A stretch of 64,000 bases of DNA, taken from a virus (lineage: Duplodnaviria; Caudoviricetes). Shown here in pieces: positions 63,871 to 64,000 of this stretch. Both the position numbers and the translations under genes were made by a program. Under the pieces are notes generated by a model. The model saw only the letters and a program-made list of their open reading frames with translations, was not told the origin of the DNA and did not search any database. The first letter of the stretch is position 1. Each line of letters begins with the position of its first letter. The stretch lies in the IMG/VR virus record IMGVR_UViG_3300014656_000001, positions 15,904 through 79,903 of that record; one strand, given 5' to 3'.

Positions 63871-64000
63871 ATGGAAGCACAAACAAAAACTTATTATCGG
63901 TATGTACGTGAGACTGTGAAATGTCCAAAATGCCATAAAGCAATTCCCAATAATCAGGGGCTTAATCTCAAAGTACCTGTTGGATGTATTGCTTTTGTGG
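63871..64000 (+). CDS. Partial ORF, possible zinc-ribbon protein
   Basis: SD GAGGAG. MEAQTKTYYRYVRETVKCPKCHK, running off the window. Confidence 0.5.
   Translation, partial: MEAQTKTYYRYVRETVKCPKCHKAIPNNQGLNLKVPVGCIAFV

Noticed and set aside
1-64000. Stop-codon reassignment, introns or inteins
   Set aside because: All recognisable genes (terL, polA, dnaB, portal, TMP) read through at expected lengths in the standard code, with no intein or intron signatures.
1-64000. Lysogeny and lysis modules
   Set aside because: No integrase, CI-like repressor, endolysin, holin or spanin was recognised, so lifestyle cannot be assigned from this window.

Overview
This window is 64 kb of a tailed dsDNA bacteriophage genome (siphovirus-like, roughly 40% GC, standard genetic code). 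The host cannot be identified from the sequence. Positions 1-24.5 kb carry a minus-strand morphogenesis operon: terminases, DUF935-type portal, Mu-F-like protein, XkdF-type protease, scaffold, decoration protein, major capsid, neck proteins, tail tube, frameshifted tail chaperones, tape measure, a GTA-like DUF2460/DUF2163/tail-tip module, and a modular tail fibre that runs off the left edge. From 24.6 kb onward all genes are on the plus strand. A palindrome-rich, AGG-depleted island (26.2-29.7 kb) is followed by an early-gene array in which most genes are preceded by an RNase III-like stem-loop and a conserved purine-rich leader. Next come a sigma-like factor, an SNF2 helicase, and a Ro60/Rsr gene directly preceded by three tandem Y RNA-like genes, two with circularly permuted tRNA domains. 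Downstream are a lambda-style initiator with internal iterons, DnaC/DnaB-like proteins, and a further orphan structured RNA. A 7-deazaguanine DNA-modification cluster follows (FolE, QueD, two QueE, DpdL-like, DpdA-like, no QueC in the window), interleaved with two glycosyltransferases, a sugar epimerase, a methyltransferase, an HNH nuclease and an Acb2/Tad1-like small protein. The window ends with a beta clamp, a UDG-PolA fusion and a clamp loader. No integrase, repressor, lysis genes, CRISPR array, reverse transcriptase or canonical tRNA was seen. All calls come from motif recognition by eye, without database searches.
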